This document shows positions 1-26,494 of a stretch of DNA of 64,000 nt, piece by piece (positions within the stretch are counted from its first letter, which is position 1; each line of letters starts with the position of its first letter). A program made the position numbers and the translations under genes. Source of the stretch: Octopus sinensis (Eukaryota); assembly GCF_006345805.1 (NCBI RefSeq), contig NC_043007.1, positions 40,858,001 to 40,922,000 on the forward strand, written 5' to 3'. Under the pieces are notes generated by a model. That model was not told where the DNA came from, made no database searches, and saw only the letters and a list, made by a program, of their open reading frames with translations.

Positions 1-657
1 AATTTTAAAACAAATAATATAAAAATAAGAAAACTCAAAATCTTTGTGGTAGACATGACAGAAATAAAAAGGGCAAATGTTTTAAAAAGTAGTTATAAAG
101 AAGCAGATAAAGTAAACTAGAAGAGTATCGTTGATAGAGGGGATGAAAAAGATAGAATTAAAGACAAATGATATATTTCTCACTCGTTATATTATGTAAA
201 GATGAGGTAATATTTCAGATAGGTATAGGATTGGTGAATAGTCTAAGAAATTAGTCAATAATATTAGTGGTCACTCTACATTACATATGATTAATAAATC
301 TTTAACAATGACTTCCTACTATATATATACTTTTCAGCGATAAAACGCAGCACATTTAACTTTTCACATAACCCTTACAGTATAGTTATACTACTTCTCT
401 ATTATGGTTTATCTGGATCCTGAAAGATAAAATCATAACACACTCAGAGAATTTCTTAAGCCATATTTTACTTCGTCGTCGAGCAACTTTTGAACCTCTA
501 AAAAATAAACTTCGTAATGACATTTCCACTGGATTCATTAAATTCTAAGTTTGAATTTATTTAAAATTATCGATCCGAAAATACGTACGAAATTCAAAAT
601 TTATTTTTCCCCGCAAATTGAATCCGTATTGGTAAATTTTTTGGATAATTTTCAAAA

Positions 658-722
<65 letters not shown>

Positions 723-737
723 GTTTTTCTTTCTTAG

Positions 738-12382
<11,645 letters not shown>

Positions 12383-13914
12383 GATAATCAATATAATCTG
12401 TAGCCTCAATCAGTAAAATTTCGTTTATATAAATTCAGAACACGTAGTCTATGTTGAAGTGATGTGTGTATGTATATATACATATATCACATTACATTAT
12501 ATTATATATTATATTATATTATATTATATTATATTATATTATACTATACTATATTGTATTATATCATATGATGTATATTATATGTAAAAAGCTGGGAATA
12601 AGTTTCTTATATGATTAGGCACTGAAGGGCTAATCATCTGATAGATTCTTTATATAAGGAAATATGAAAATGGTACTATTTTATCCAGAATGTTCATCAT
12701 TCTGTCACCTGAGCGATCCTACAATATCATGGAACTTAGAGTCTTGTTTGACTTATCATATTCAGATGTATATATCGGTCTACAACTTCTGCTGAGTAAT
12801 TCACTTTGACATGCAATATTCAAGAGATCAGAAAAGTCCACTCGGAAGGTTTCAACGGGAATAGGAAGATTTTACCCAAGATGGATAAAAGGACACAATC
12901 AAGAAAGAATTAGAAGCGCATTTTTACCAGTGAAAAATAATATCCGATATTTTAGTTAATTGCATTGTATTATAATCATACATTAAGCAAAAACCTTTTT
13001 GAAAAATGCGATTAAATACACTCGTTTTCATTGAACACCAATTTTAGTAATGCTAGCTCCCAAACTATTCGGTTTGCCCAGCTTTTACAATTTATTCATT
13101 GAAATTAATATCGGGAAAGAACCTGCGGATTCGGGACCTACATTTTACATGCAACTGCCCATACAAACTATCTTCAACGGAGGCTTCTTGAAAATGACAT
13201 CGAAAACGTTAGAAATATTTTAGTCAGCGAAGCTATGAAGTCGATGGTTGATAAGTGTACTTGGATAAACAAACATCCAATCTCACTCAAACCATAGTCT
13301 ATGAATTGGAGGCCATATTTAAAAAATAAAAACAAGAAAATAAATATCAAAATATAAAATAAAATGACTAAAAGATCTTTTAAAAAATGATATTTGTCGG
13401 TCTTTTATTGTCGGTCTTGTATCGTCGGTCCTTTATCGTCCCGACAGTGAAAACGACTACTGGAGTAGAGATAGAAACACAGAAATATAATATATCAAAG
13501 AAGGAAGAGATATTTGGTGGAAAGTTTTAAGCAAAAATGATTGTTGATAAATCGCTAATAGAAGCGATAATGATTGGGATCGCGGAAAATGTGACTTTAT
13601 TCCGTTCTAAAAAAAGCCTCTACAAATTTCTTGGGCACCTACTCAAAGTGGTTTAGACCTTGCAGACATTTCTCCAATATTTTGTTGAAGTTCTGGAATC
13701 CTACAAAACCATCAAACGAAATATCACTTATCTTGAACTTTACTTTCTATTAAATAAAATATAATCCAATATACAACAATTAATAATATTTATTCTTTCT
13801 TAATTCTTATACGTATATGCTTAATATTAGTCACTAGCAAGGGCACAGAAATTCGTTTTGCATTAACAATATGCTACCAATTCAATATTTATCTTACTTT
13901 TGTGTTAGGAATGC

Positions 13915-14665
13915 GATATTTTCACTTTTAATTTTATCTCTATAGCTTTTCTATAGAGTTCAAAGCCAGCAGCACGAGTTATGACGTCAGTGTAAACAAT
14001 ATGATCGAAGATAGAACAAATGGGTATACCCATCGCCTATTTTTTCTTTCTACGATCGCATTGCTTACATAGGTGCATTTATATACGAAACGTCGTAACT
14101 TGTGGTGCTGGATCTGAATTCTATAGAAAATCTACAGAGATTTTACAATTTACAATTGTTTTGTTCCTTTTACAGTATTATTGGTAAATACTTTCATTTA
14201 GATCTGTCCATTCTCAAATCTTTCCAAATTATTAAGATTCCCATATTTTAATGCTTCCATCCACTTCATAACAGGTTTTCACTTGGGGAACAGGGTTTTA
14301 TTTCTCTGATGTTGGAGACATGTTTCCTACTAATTCTGGGGTGCTGATTCGAAAGTGAAATCCATTTTTCTCTATCGCGTCAAGTTTTTCCACAAACTCA
14401 TTTCTGGTATTGTCACTATTTCTAAGGATAGATTTGCCCTCATCAAGTGCGAACCCATATATGGAGCTTGACATAACTTTGAAAACATAGTTTTTCAATG
14501 TCATTTAAAGTAAACAGTGTGATCGAAAAATAGGCAATGGGTACACCCATTTGCTCTTTCTTCGATCTTATTGTTTACACTGACGTATTTGTATACGAAA
14601 CATCATAACTCGTACTGCTGGCTCTGAACTCTATAGAAAAGCTATAGAGATAAAATTAAAAGTGA
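13915..14665. mobile_element. Foldback element with long, nested inverted repeats
   Basis: 13920-14040 is the reverse complement of 14525-14665; a third partial copy at 14075-14140 is inverted relative to the left arm. Confidence 0.75.
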
Positions 14666-14679
14666 TAACCAAAGCTTTG

Positions 14680-15140
14680 TGAATGAAATTGGTAGACGGA
14701 AACTGAAAGAAACGCCTCGTATATATGTGTATGTGTATGTATGCGTGTGTGTGTATTTCAGTCTGCGATGCCCACCACTACCGCTTGACAACCGGTTCTC
14801 GTGTGTTTACGTCCCCGTAACTAAGCGGGTCGGTAAAACAAACCGATAGAGTAAGTACCAGGCTTTAAAAATTTAGTATTGTGGTAGATACATTCCACAA
14901 TTTTTTTAAGGTAGCGGTCCAACATGGCCGTAGTCTAATGATTGAAATAATAATAAAAATATATATATATATATATACGAACGGCTTCTTTCAGTTTCCG
15001 TCTACCAAATCCCCTCACAAGGTTTTGATCGTCCCGAGTCGATAATAGAAGTCACTTGCCCAAGGTGCTACGCAGTGGAACTCATCCAGGACTCATGTGA
15101 CTAGGAAGCAAACTTCTTACCACACAGCTACGCCTGCACC
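14680..15140. mobile_element. Two partial copies of tRNA-derived SINE family 1 in opposite orientation
   Basis: 3' half on + (ggtagacggaaactgaaagaa…cttgacaaccgg…acatggccgtagtc) and 5' half on - (ttctttcagtttccgtctacc…cttgcccaaggtg…accacacagc). Confidence 0.85.
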
Positions 15141-15699
15141 TATATGTGCCCTCATCTTTCATTTCTTATGTCAAATCTCTTTGTACCTCACTTTTACGCG
15201 CGCACACAACGCACACAGCACAAACACACCCTCTCTCTCTCTCTCTCTCGCTCTCTCTCTTTCCCTCTCTCTTCCGAAGATATCAATCAGGCAACCAGTC
15301 AACCAACATTTATATAGGTTTTAATTATGTAGAAAATTTTGTTAAATTATCATTATAGTTATTGTTGATCTCATTCTTTTACATGTAAATATCCCACTGT
15401 TACACGTTATTGTATTTTTGCTATGTTATTCACTTCTATGCCGTCCGCAACACCTTGAAACATTGTAGCTAATAAAAAGAAATCAACACCATCTTCATCA
15501 TCTTCAACAAAAGAAAATCAATGATAGCAAGAAGCAACAACATCATTAGCGAGAACACTGCCCCCATCAGTGGCAACAACAAACACACTACCATCAACAC
15601 CACCAACAACATTATTAGCAAAAAAAAACAAGTACAAATAAAATGAACAATGCAAATCAGTTGTAAACTTTTTTCGCCGACGCGGGATGCAAATCGCCT

Positions 15700-16960
15700 A
15701 GTTTGGATGGTTTGCTCTATGAGCTTTACTTTTATATTCCAGATTTGTTTGGTGTCGCCTTAGCAGATATCTAATGCAACTGGCAGCAGAACGGGAGAAT
15801 TCCTTGTTCTGTCAGTCGAGGAGCGGTACCGCTGCTGAAAAAGGCCCCAAACAAGGGCGTTCAAATAGAAAATGTTAAGCCCATAACGCTGCTGAACGCC
15901 AAGTTGTTAGCAAAGAGTGTGGCGCTTGTCGTCAAGAAACTAATTGGTGATGTTTAAGCATAAGCTAAAATAAAACGGGGAGGTGACAGGGGAAAAAATT
16001 AACCAAGAAATGTCAGAAGGCCTGTAACTCGGCATCTTGAGAGCCAGGTCGATATCGTCGTAGGTAACTGGACGGAGGGGCGGTGACAGTGGAAAACATT
16101 AACCAAGAAATTTCAGAAGGCCTGTAGCTCGACATCTTGAGAAGCAGGTCCGACAACATCGTGGGTGACTGGACGGAGGGACAGGTAAATGTGTCCGGGA
16201 TCAGGTTGGCCCGGTTCTGCTGGTGGGGAAGAACTGGGACGAGGTGACAAGCAGGGTAGCCAATGTCTCTCAAAAATGGGCCGAGAGAATTGTATCCCCA
16301 AAGGTCAGGTAGAGATGGCAAGTTCCTACATGTACTCCATTGTAATCGCCTAATTTCGTGCCTTGCTCCAGTTTACGTGTGACTAAACTCTAAACTGGAG
16401 CGCATAATCTTCCGCTTTCTGCGGAATGGACACGTTCCACGGATGATGAGCCTCATTTGCTTTCAGCACCCGCTTGGCATGCCGTGTACCCTGATGCGCA
16501 GACATGCGATGATGCTACACCTCGAGCAATTCCTTAGCAGTTGTTGTCGCCATTTGTCAGACAGGATTTCCCACAGCTCGTCTCTTTGATTGAGCTCTAC
16601 TCTTGGATCAAGCGTAGACCGAAGCAGGGTCTCTGGCCCTTTGAATGTCGTCAGATGCTCACAATCCTCTAACGGTAGGACAACACATTCAGCGGAGGTT
16701 CAATTCTGACGCTTAACAGAGGGCGAGCATGTGTAATAACCTTCTCGGAGAGATTCTGGGCGTCGATGAGGATCAACAAGTTTGTCTTTTACAGACTTTC
16801 GGGCTGGGGCCTCTGAATAATTTTCAGAAATCCTTGACCTGTCAGTACTACCGGAATGTATTGCCGGTTCGGGATAAACTCTACAGGCATGGAAGTGCCG
16901 TCAGCTGGGCTTGACTGAGTTGCATGCACAGCATTGAAATTGCTCCGTACGCTTTCAGCA
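15700..16960. mobile_element. Scrambled fragments of a Tx1/L1-like LINE
   Basis: 15700-15960 repeats the RT N-terminal region seen at 17730-17960; 16400-16960 parallels 18700-19330; 16000-16330 contains a ~100-bp tandem duplication. Confidence 0.7.
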
Positions 16961-19950
16961 AGTGCCTGGACGTGAAGGTGGTGCGTTCAGACTAGTCGTT
17001 GTTAATGTTAGTGGGTGACTGGAACGCCATCTCAGACACGCGCCTGGATAAGATAGAGACAGCTGATAGGAGAGGGGGAGTAAAAATCTCACAAACCTGC
17101 TCAGCCACTTCAAGTTGACTGAGAGATACCTACTAGATTTCCCGGATGCGCCAATGTGGACATGGGCGAATCTCATCGGGACTTCCACATCATATCTAGA
17201 TAGAAAATTTCGTAGACCTGTAGATAGAAGTAGAATAAGCTGTCCATGTTTCAAAGTCGTCGGCTACACGTATCATAAATCTGTAATTTGTACAGTTGAC
17301 ACAAATAGAATCCATGGACAGTGCCCCGGATACTGGAAGCAGAACGCGTCTTTCCTGGCGCGCCAATCTTTCAGAGACCGAGTTAGCAAGTTAGTCCATC
17401 GAGAGTTGGTGGGTGAAATCGTCAACAGCCGTAGGTGGAGAGCCCTGAAAAGGGCTATTAGAGTAGAAGCGGTAGGTTTTAGTAAAGAAACAACATTAGA
17501 TGGATCTAGGCTAGAGGGAGACCTAGTTAGGAAGCTAGAACTTTCTGGGGTGCGCGATGGTTCTAGGCCGGGGGTGGATTTCACATCCTATCTCAGTGGC
17601 ATGTCATGCTTTTCAGACAGGGATGCAGAATTCTGTGAGATGCCGATAGCAACCGAAGATATACGGGACGCAATGAAGGCCTGTGCAAGTGAGAAGACAC
17701 CGGGGCGGGAGGGTCTACCATTCGAAATTTAGTTTCATATGCCAGACTTGTTCGGTGGTCTTCTGGAAGATGTCTGTCACAAATGGAAGCAAAACGGGAG
17801 AATTTCCAGTGTTGTGAGGCGTGGAGTGTTGGTACTATTGAGGAAGGGCCCGAACAAGCGGGACAAAACTGATCATTTTAGGCCTATAACTCTACTGAAC
17901 GCAGATTATAAGATTTTAACCAAGGTGTCAGCCAAGAGGTTGGCGCTTGCCGTCGATAAGTTGAGTGGTGGCACGCAGACATGCGCTATCCCAAACAGAA
18001 CTATCTACAACAACTTCCATCTCCGCGCTACATCATAGAGAGGGTTGGTAAGGAACCTAGCATGTGTGGCTTCCTGATCAATTTGGATCAGTCGAAGGCT
18101 TCTGATAGAGTCGAACACCAAAACTCGGCGGCTGTTCTTGCGGCAGCGGATTTCGGTCCCGTTTTCAGAGGCTGGATCGCTACAATGTACAACAATATCT
18201 GTTCGGTGGTCAAAGTAAATGGCTACCTTTCAGAATCGTTTAGCATCGCTCGTTTGGTCAGTCAAGAATGGCCACTCTTGCCTTTTCTGTACGGACTGGC
18301 TCTCGAGTCATTACTGCGGAAACTGGAGGTCTCGAGGAGCATCCCGCGTGATCTAGGATGCAAAAGGTTCGTGTCGGCTTACACAGACGACGTCACCGTA
18401 ATAGTGTCGGACAGCTCGGAAATTGAGGTGGTCTGCACTGCTCTAAGGGAGTACGAAGTGGTAACAGGAGCGAAGATCAACCAGAAGTCGATGGGCCTGG
18501 GCCTGCAGCTCGGTACCTGGAAAGGCAGATACATGCCAACCGACAGCGTTGTAGGGCGCTGGACCGAGGGGCCGGTTAAATTGCTCGGGTCTGGTTTGGT
18601 CCAGACATCCAGGTGGACAACATATGGGGGAGGGGGAAGTCACGAGCAGGGTAGCCATTCTCACCCAGAAATGGGCAGAGAGAAAGCTGTCCCTGAAGGG
18701 TCGGGTGGAAGCGGCGAATGCATACATCGGTTCCGTTATCTACTGCCGCTTGACCGTCGTCCCTTACCCCACTCCATGCCTGATCTAGTTGGAGCGCTTG
18801 ATCTTTCACTTTCTATGAAAGGGACGTGTTCCACTCCTCAGGCGGTCCATCTGGGTGAAGGACTGCGCATGCCGTAGCTAATGATGCGCACACATGCGCT
18901 GAGTCTGCGAAATTTCCAGCGTTTCCTTAACGGAGAGCGGGTGTGGTTGACGTTCCTCAAAAGGGAATTTCCGTAGCTCGTTTCATCGATGGAGCTACAG
19001 TCCTGGGTAAAGCACAGACAAACAACGGACACTTGGCATCTGGAGTGTCGGCAAGCACTCACGGCCTTCTGCCAGTCGAGTAACGCGTTTTGGTGGAATC
19101 TCCACTAGGGAATTCTATAGAGGATTAGTGGCGGGAAAGAGCGACAACGAACTCGAGGAAACTCTGCACGTCGAGAGAACTAACTCTGCTTTTCTGGAAG
19201 ATCTATGAATAACTTCCAGAAATCACTGGCTTAGGAGTGCTACCAGGGAGGTCTGCCGGTTCGTGACAAGCGCTACAGACACGGAAGTGCTGTCAGATGG
19301 ATCTGTCTGAGGTGTACACAGTGATAAAACCGTCCTGCATGCACTAGAGCAGTGTCCGTGCATTACTGACCTGTGGATCTTTCTTGAACAGCTGTTTTTA
19401 CGTGTAGGATGGATCTGGTTACCAGCCGAGTCCATTGTGAGGATCACCTCACTGCCTTCTTTAGGCTGGGAGGGAAAGGCAGCTTTCCTCTGCTTGGTAG
19501 CTATCCCGAAAGAGGTAGTGTGTTAGACGAGGTTGAAAGGACTAAAGATAGACACTTTCCTCTTCATAGACTTTTTCAAGTTCCATTTGAAAAGGAAAGT
19601 GAGGTCAGAGTAGGAAGTACCGCCCCCAGTAAGTTTGTTGAAAGGTGAATGAATGTTGCGAAAATGGCTCGCGTGAATGGGCCTACTTAGAATATTCGTC
19701 TGTAAGCCGGAGTAGTTGAAGAGAAGAGGGGTATCTACCCGGCGTTCTCTTGGCAGTCGGGGTGACCAGGATGTGTGGTGTGCCCTTGATGGCCCTGGGT
19801 GGAACTCCCCCTACTGGGGAATTTTCTTGTTTAACTTTTTTAAACTGCTTTTTTATTGTTTACACGTTTTCTGTTTCAAACCCCACTTGTTCCTTGTTTT
19901 GTATTGTCCCTAATTGGTTTTGTCTTCGGCCCTTGTGGCCAATAAAGAAA
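16960..19950 (+). mobile_element. Tx1/L1-clade LINE ORF2 remnant (APE + RT), decayed
   Basis: VGDWNAI and SYLDR (APE); EKTPGREGLP, FRPITLLNADYKILTKV, QTCAIP, INLDQSKASDRVEH and AYTDDVT (RT); many stops and frameshifts; aataaa near 19940. Confidence 0.85.
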
Positions 19951-20783
19951 GGCTTGCAAAATCATTAGCGTGTACATATAAAAGAATGAATTGTTAGCGT
20001 GTACATATAAAAGAATGAATTGTTATTATTAATAGTGGCTTGCTGACAGAATCGTGAGGGGAAAGAAATATACTTTCGTGTTGTGAAGACCTGGCAAGTT
20101 TTCCCCAAAACCTCAAATATTCAGTTAAAAGAATGTCTATATGATACGTGGTTCGAGAGTCAAACGAAGCGACACTTATAGTAATGATAATGGTGAACTT
20201 CGTGGTCATGTGTACTAGGTCTATATTTTGTAAGTAAAAAGCGATCAAGATAGTAATTTCAGAATATCGGCCGATTATGCTTCAACAAGGTCCGATTCTC
20301 AGACAGTTTCAGGCAAACAAAAGCAATCTTAAAAACAGTCTGCTTATTACAGTTATCAAGCATAACCTGAAAAACTTGTTTATCTTTAATATCAATTTCA
20401 CTTCTGGCAAAGCGGGAAGGGCCTAGAATAAAAATTAAATTTTTATGTATTATTTCATATTCAATTTTTTATGTTTAGTCAGTAAAGCAATAGCTGTTTC
20501 ACAGGAGTTAACATTGTTTTTGCTAAGCCAAACTTGATTTGTATTTGTGAAGATAATTTTGGTTTTAGGTTAATTTCAAAATGATATTCCGCTACATATA
20601 TTTGTTAGAATAAATAATTTTACATTCGTGACATTCTATTTTTCATGGAACGCATTTAAAACATTATAAGCACCTAAAAAGATATAATTTACGTCCGCTG
20701 CTCACACACAAGAAAACACATACGTCATACGTAAACATGCAGGTGCACAGACGAACTGTCGAATACACATAAACGAAGACAAA

Positions 20784-20922
20784 ATGAAATCTACCCAGGT
20801 GGATGTTGATGGAATCCTACGTTCTCTGGGACAAACCGGTTTTTTCCACACCAGTCAGTGCATCTTGATTTGTGCATCTCTACTTGTAGCATCGGCAAAT
20901 AGTTTATTCTATATATTCTACG
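20784..20922 (+). CDS. SLC22-like copy B exon 1
   Basis: [46 protein letters not shown], donor gtatgt; 139 bp, same as copy C exon 1. Confidence 0.88.
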
Positions 20923-21065
20923 GTATGTATAAAATTTAGATACACGCATACACATACACAGATATATATACACACACATATCAAAATCTATCTATCGACC
21001 TATCTATTATCTATTTCTCTCTCTCTATATATATATATATAAGTGCGTGTGTGTGTGTGTGCGTT

Positions 21066-21141
<76 letters not shown>

Positions 21142-21258
21142 AATATATATATACACATATATGCATTTATACATACATGTATATACATGCATACATGCAT
21201 GCACAAATACACACTCGCACACGCACACACATGCACACACATACACACACATACATAC

Positions 21259-21294
<36 letters not shown>

Positions 21295-24200
21295 TTGTGT
21301 ATTTATATATTTATACAATTACACACAGATGCAGTCGTAGCTTTATGGTACGACGTTTGCTTCTCAACCACATGATTCTAGGTTTAGTACCACTACGTGA
21401 CACCCTACGTTGCTGTAGTCTGCTAAAGCCCCTGGCCAATCAAAGACTTCTGAATGAATTCGGTAGGCGGAAGCTGAAAGAAAAAGCATGTCATACATGT
21501 ATATGTGTGTTTGTGTGTGTGTGCGTGTGTGTGTGTGTGTGTGTGTATGTATGTGTGGGTGGGTGGGTGCGTGTGTGCATTTGAGCTTGCCAACCAGTGT
21601 TGGTTTGCTTACGCCCCTCGTAAATTAGTGGCTCGGCAAAATAACCTGGTGAAATATGTATATGTACTTGGCAGTTCGATCGACTAGAAACCCTCCATAG
21701 GTGTGCCCCAAGATGTCCGCAGTTCACTGACTGGATTAAAACATAGCGTTAAAAACAGTGGTAAAAAGCTTACTTTACAGCCACATGGATCCAGGTTCAG
21801 TCCCACAGCGTGGCATTTTGTGCAAGTCTCTTCTACTATAGCCTCGGGCCGAACAAAGCCTTGTGAGTGGATCTAGTAGACAGAAACTGAAAGAAACCCG
21901 TCGTATACATGTATGTGTATATTTGTGTCTGTGATAGACACCCCCCACCCCCCGCCATCATCGCTTGAGAACCACGAAATATTCCCTGTAGTATAATTCA
22001 TCATTACTGAATAAAATCACCGATGCCATGTACTCATGTATTCATTAGTTACATTCAACTTTTAGGCATTTTAATCAAACTAGATAGGCAGACCGTTATA
22101 CTCTAGGATTGACCATATTCCACCTAACACTTATATTCAAGCTTTATCACCCTCCTCTTGGTGTAATTTATTCCCTTGGAACTATACTTTCTATATTAAC
22201 TTCCCATAATTCCTACTACACTATTTCCTCCTCTTGCTGTTATGTATAATGATATATAAAACCTAGCACTAAAATAGCTTCACAGAAGATTTATTGAAGA
22301 TGGAATAATACTTGTGATGCCTTGGAAAATATTCTCTCAAAATCTTAAAAAATGTTTTTCGTAGCTACTGACTTGAATTGAGAATGGAGGAGGATGGTCG
22401 AACCATATAATTTCCCTTTCTCTAATAGTAGGCGAAATGTAACCTCATCTAACACTCCTGATGATGGAAGCAGTTATCTAAAATTTTGGATATGAATATC
22501 TATTTTTACAAGGATTAATGTACCCTGAAAAAAAAAACAACGAAAAACCAACGTTTAACCTTTGACATATTTACTTTATACACTCTACGCTAGACATCTT
22601 ATTTACTTTATACACTATGCCATGCATATCTTATAATCTTTTAACACCGTTTTTAACCTAACCTTTATTAGTAAGTAGGTATATATCTTTTAATATGTTT
22701 ATATATTTCTCATATATTTTTATAGATCCACATAATTTGTATATATATGTCAATTATAATTTGTATATATATGTCAATTATAATTTTAATATTTTTCACG
22801 TATCTGTAATTTTGAAATTTTTAGTATTGTTTCGATATTGAACTTTTTAATGAGAGATGCATTGAATATATTATAATACTCGTTTTGGCTAGGATAATAT
22901 TGTAATGCTTTTGAGTTGTCAAACCTATCTGATTTCTCATCTTTAATTTGAAATATATATATACCTAATGTCTCAGGTTCAATACTTCAGCACTTCCCAA
23001 CACTGTATTAATATATATGTGTGTGTGTAAATATATACTTCTATATATATGTGCATATATAAATATTATCCCTTATGGTGCTCAAGTTAAAACAAATATT
23101 ATTCGAGAGATATTAAAACTAAGAGAATCATTCATCATAGATAATAAAAAAATATGATAATATTTTTTCTAGAAAAAAATTTGGAGTTGGTTATTCAACA
23201 ACTAATAACGTTGGTAACATTATCTCTTCCTTTAATAGATATAAGCTCAATAAGTTTTACATTAAAAAATTAAATAATAACTCCAACAATAATAACGAGC
23301 AGAATTTAATAAATTGTAAATTGATTAATTCCCAGAAAGAGAGTAAACATGTAGACATACATTGAATTACTTATATAAGTTTAGCTAATTTTGAATACAT
23401 ATGAACCCTAATTTAGATTACTAATTATATACGTATAATTAGTAATAGTATAACGAGTATATATTAGCTGTAGATTATGTAGGTTATGTACATAACTAGA
23501 ATAAGATTTAACTAAGAGGTTTATAAAATAAGCAAATAGATTGGAGAATATATAACAATTAGCGAACATAAAGCTTATTCTATGGATTGGCATAACGTTT
23601 TAATTTTACATAAATGTGAATTTAGAAATATTTCGAAGTAAATGCTGTATTACATCACGCTTATGTGTTACTTTCATCGTTAAAATACATATTTCTGTTT
23701 ATTTTCCCTGTATTAATAATTTACGTAATATTTATAATTAATGGATTTTTTTTTTTTGCAATGCCAAATGTTTAGTTTAACAGATAAAATTTCAATTTAC
23801 AACGTTATAATATATATTTCTACTTATTAGTCCTAAAATTGTTATTTACGTATTGATTTAAAGTGATCGAATTCTTGTAACACAAAATTTATGGTTAATT
23901 TTTAATTTGGTTCTAGTCTAATTTTAATTCCATTTAACTGACATAAATAAAATCAATAACGTTTTTACTTTTCATAAAAATCGGTAAATTTTATCTGATT
24001 ATTTATTTAAATAAATTAACCACGTAAATTAATTTTTCCTTCATATATATTTTTTCCTATTTGTAGTCTTTTTTAAATTATCTCCCCTACACTGGAAATC
24101 GCTTAAAGAGTAATCGTATTCATTAATGAGAATTATCTCCCCTACATTGGAAATCATATAAATAGAGAACATAATTTCTTCAATAGCCTTGTTTAATTTG

Positions 24201-26265
24201 CGGAGTTAACTGGTATTCAACAATAAAAATGAGTTACACTTCTACATTTCTTAAATACTGTTGAATCTCATCGATTATTTCTAAATGTATAGTTACATTA
24301 TAACGTCTTCCTTTATATTGTAAATTTATTTTATGTTATCTAGACTTGAAGAGTGAATATTTATCGTTGGATATAAGAAATATTAATTTATAACATTATC
24401 GATTTGGATATGATCGATTTGAATATAGGATCACGAAAAGCGCGTCGTCGTTTCTATGTGTATTATTAGTATAGTAATTTTTAGTACAATATTAATAATA
24501 TATTTAAATTTATATTTTATTATAGATAATTTTTATATACATACATACATGCATACATACATACATACGTACATACATATATACATATATACATACACAC
24601 ATACATACTTCTAAAAAATATATATGCATACATATATATACTTACATATATATGTATATACATATGCCTATATCGGTACAGGAGTCATAAAACGTAAACA
24701 ACACAAAATACGAAATGCGAAAACATAGAATACGAACTTTTTTGCAAACAACTAAAGAAAAAAAGAAAAAACAATGTAACATAAAGAACGACCATTCATC
24801 AGTTGTCGGCTGCTTTGTCTACTCCACATTTCGAGCAATTACTACAAGATGTGCCTTCGAGAAACAGTTGCTCCCGCAAAGCAAAATAAAATCTAGGATT
24901 TGCGGAGGGTCAAAGTGGTGCCCACGCTGCACCACTTGCCCTCACCTCTCCAACACCATCCTCCTCACTGGCACCCATCATCAACCCTATCATATCACTA
25001 ACTCCTTCACCAACAAGTATCCTTTTTATAGCAAGAGAAATTAAATTTCCCATATTTATCAATTCAAAATGTACAAACAAAAGTAGAAAAGTGTTGAGTA
25101 TCCACGAAAAATGTGTAAAACGAGGAAAATACGCTTCATTAAAAGGAATTTGTGACATCACAAAAGAAAACGGTGAATGGCTGTGCAGTGAGAATAGGTT
25201 CTATTATCTTCAAACTGAGAGCAAAGAACAGATTAGATATGTAACTGGAAAGGCAGCTATTTCCAAAACTATCCATCCATCAAAAAGAAGAAAAGTGTCC
25301 TTAATGCTAACTGCAACCAGATCAACTCCAGTGTCATCATCAAAAGACTGAAAGTGAATATCAAAAGCTTTGCTTCTCAATGTTTGTCGATTCATCTCTA
25401 CAACTGGGTAGATTTGGGGTTTACTGACCAAAATATTCAATGCACATGATTATCAGAAGTTATGTGGTAGCCTGCAAGTTCATGAAAAAGCATTGAACTC
25501 TATAAAAATCTTTTGGAGTCGAGGACTATCAAAACTGGAAATTCCCAGAACAAATCAGAGTGCACAACGGATAATTAAGTGCCTTCAAGATCTTTATGAT
25601 GTTTGTAAAAAGAAGGAGAAACTTCAACTTCAATTTATTTTATCTAAAAAACATATTAATTCTTTGTTATGCTTATAAATTTGCTAACATTCAGGACCCT
25701 TTTTCTTACACAGTTATTTAAAATTGGAATTAAACCTATAAAGTTAAAAATATGTATTATTTTTAATTATTTATATTATCGAATCTTGTAGTGGCCTCTG
25801 TCTTAAAATAGCCTAGTTTTGAACCTTTGCGTTGAGCAATTTCAATTCAGTAATCTTAAAAATGTATAAATACCCTTTTGTTCCACATCTCTCTTGCGTT
25901 TACAAAGATATAGGCAGCGGAAATACTGAAGTTTGAATCTAGTGCCACTTAGTTATTATAGTTTTAAAAGCCCATAGCTCTGAAACTACTTCAACAAGAA
26001 AGATGAAATTTCAGATATACCATTTCTGCATTGCATTGAGTCAGCACACCAAGTTTGGTAAAAATTTGAGCAAGTGTAATGAACACCACTAGAATTTTGC
26101 ATGGTTTGGGTCCAAAGTGGTAATCCATTTCTTAAGATTGGGGTGACGGTTTTCTAACTAAAGCAAAATAAATGTTAGTTTCCTGACTTTTAGAAAATTA
26201 TTCATTGCATTGAATAACAGTATAGAGTTATTGGTCTGTGAAAAAGTCATAACCCTAATGCAAAT

Positions 26266-26301
<36 letters not shown>

Positions 26302-26460
26302 GTATATATGCATTTATAAGTATGCATATATATACATATGTATATATATGCATATATATATATGTATATGTGTATATATATATATATATGTATATATGCA
26401 TTTATAAGTATGCATATATATACATATGTATATATATGCATATATATGTATCTCTCTCTT

Positions 26461-26494
<34 letters not shown>

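Noticed and set aside
22458-22530. CTGATGA…cctGAAA possible hammerhead
   Set aside because: No stem III or cleavage triplet follows (A-run), and stem II is unconvincing.
22500-24500. Very AT-rich block initially resembling a mitochondrial insertion (NUMT)
   Set aside because: No recognisable mt rRNA, tRNA or protein motifs. The frames and the terminal hammerhead-like motif fit a Penelope-like remnant better.
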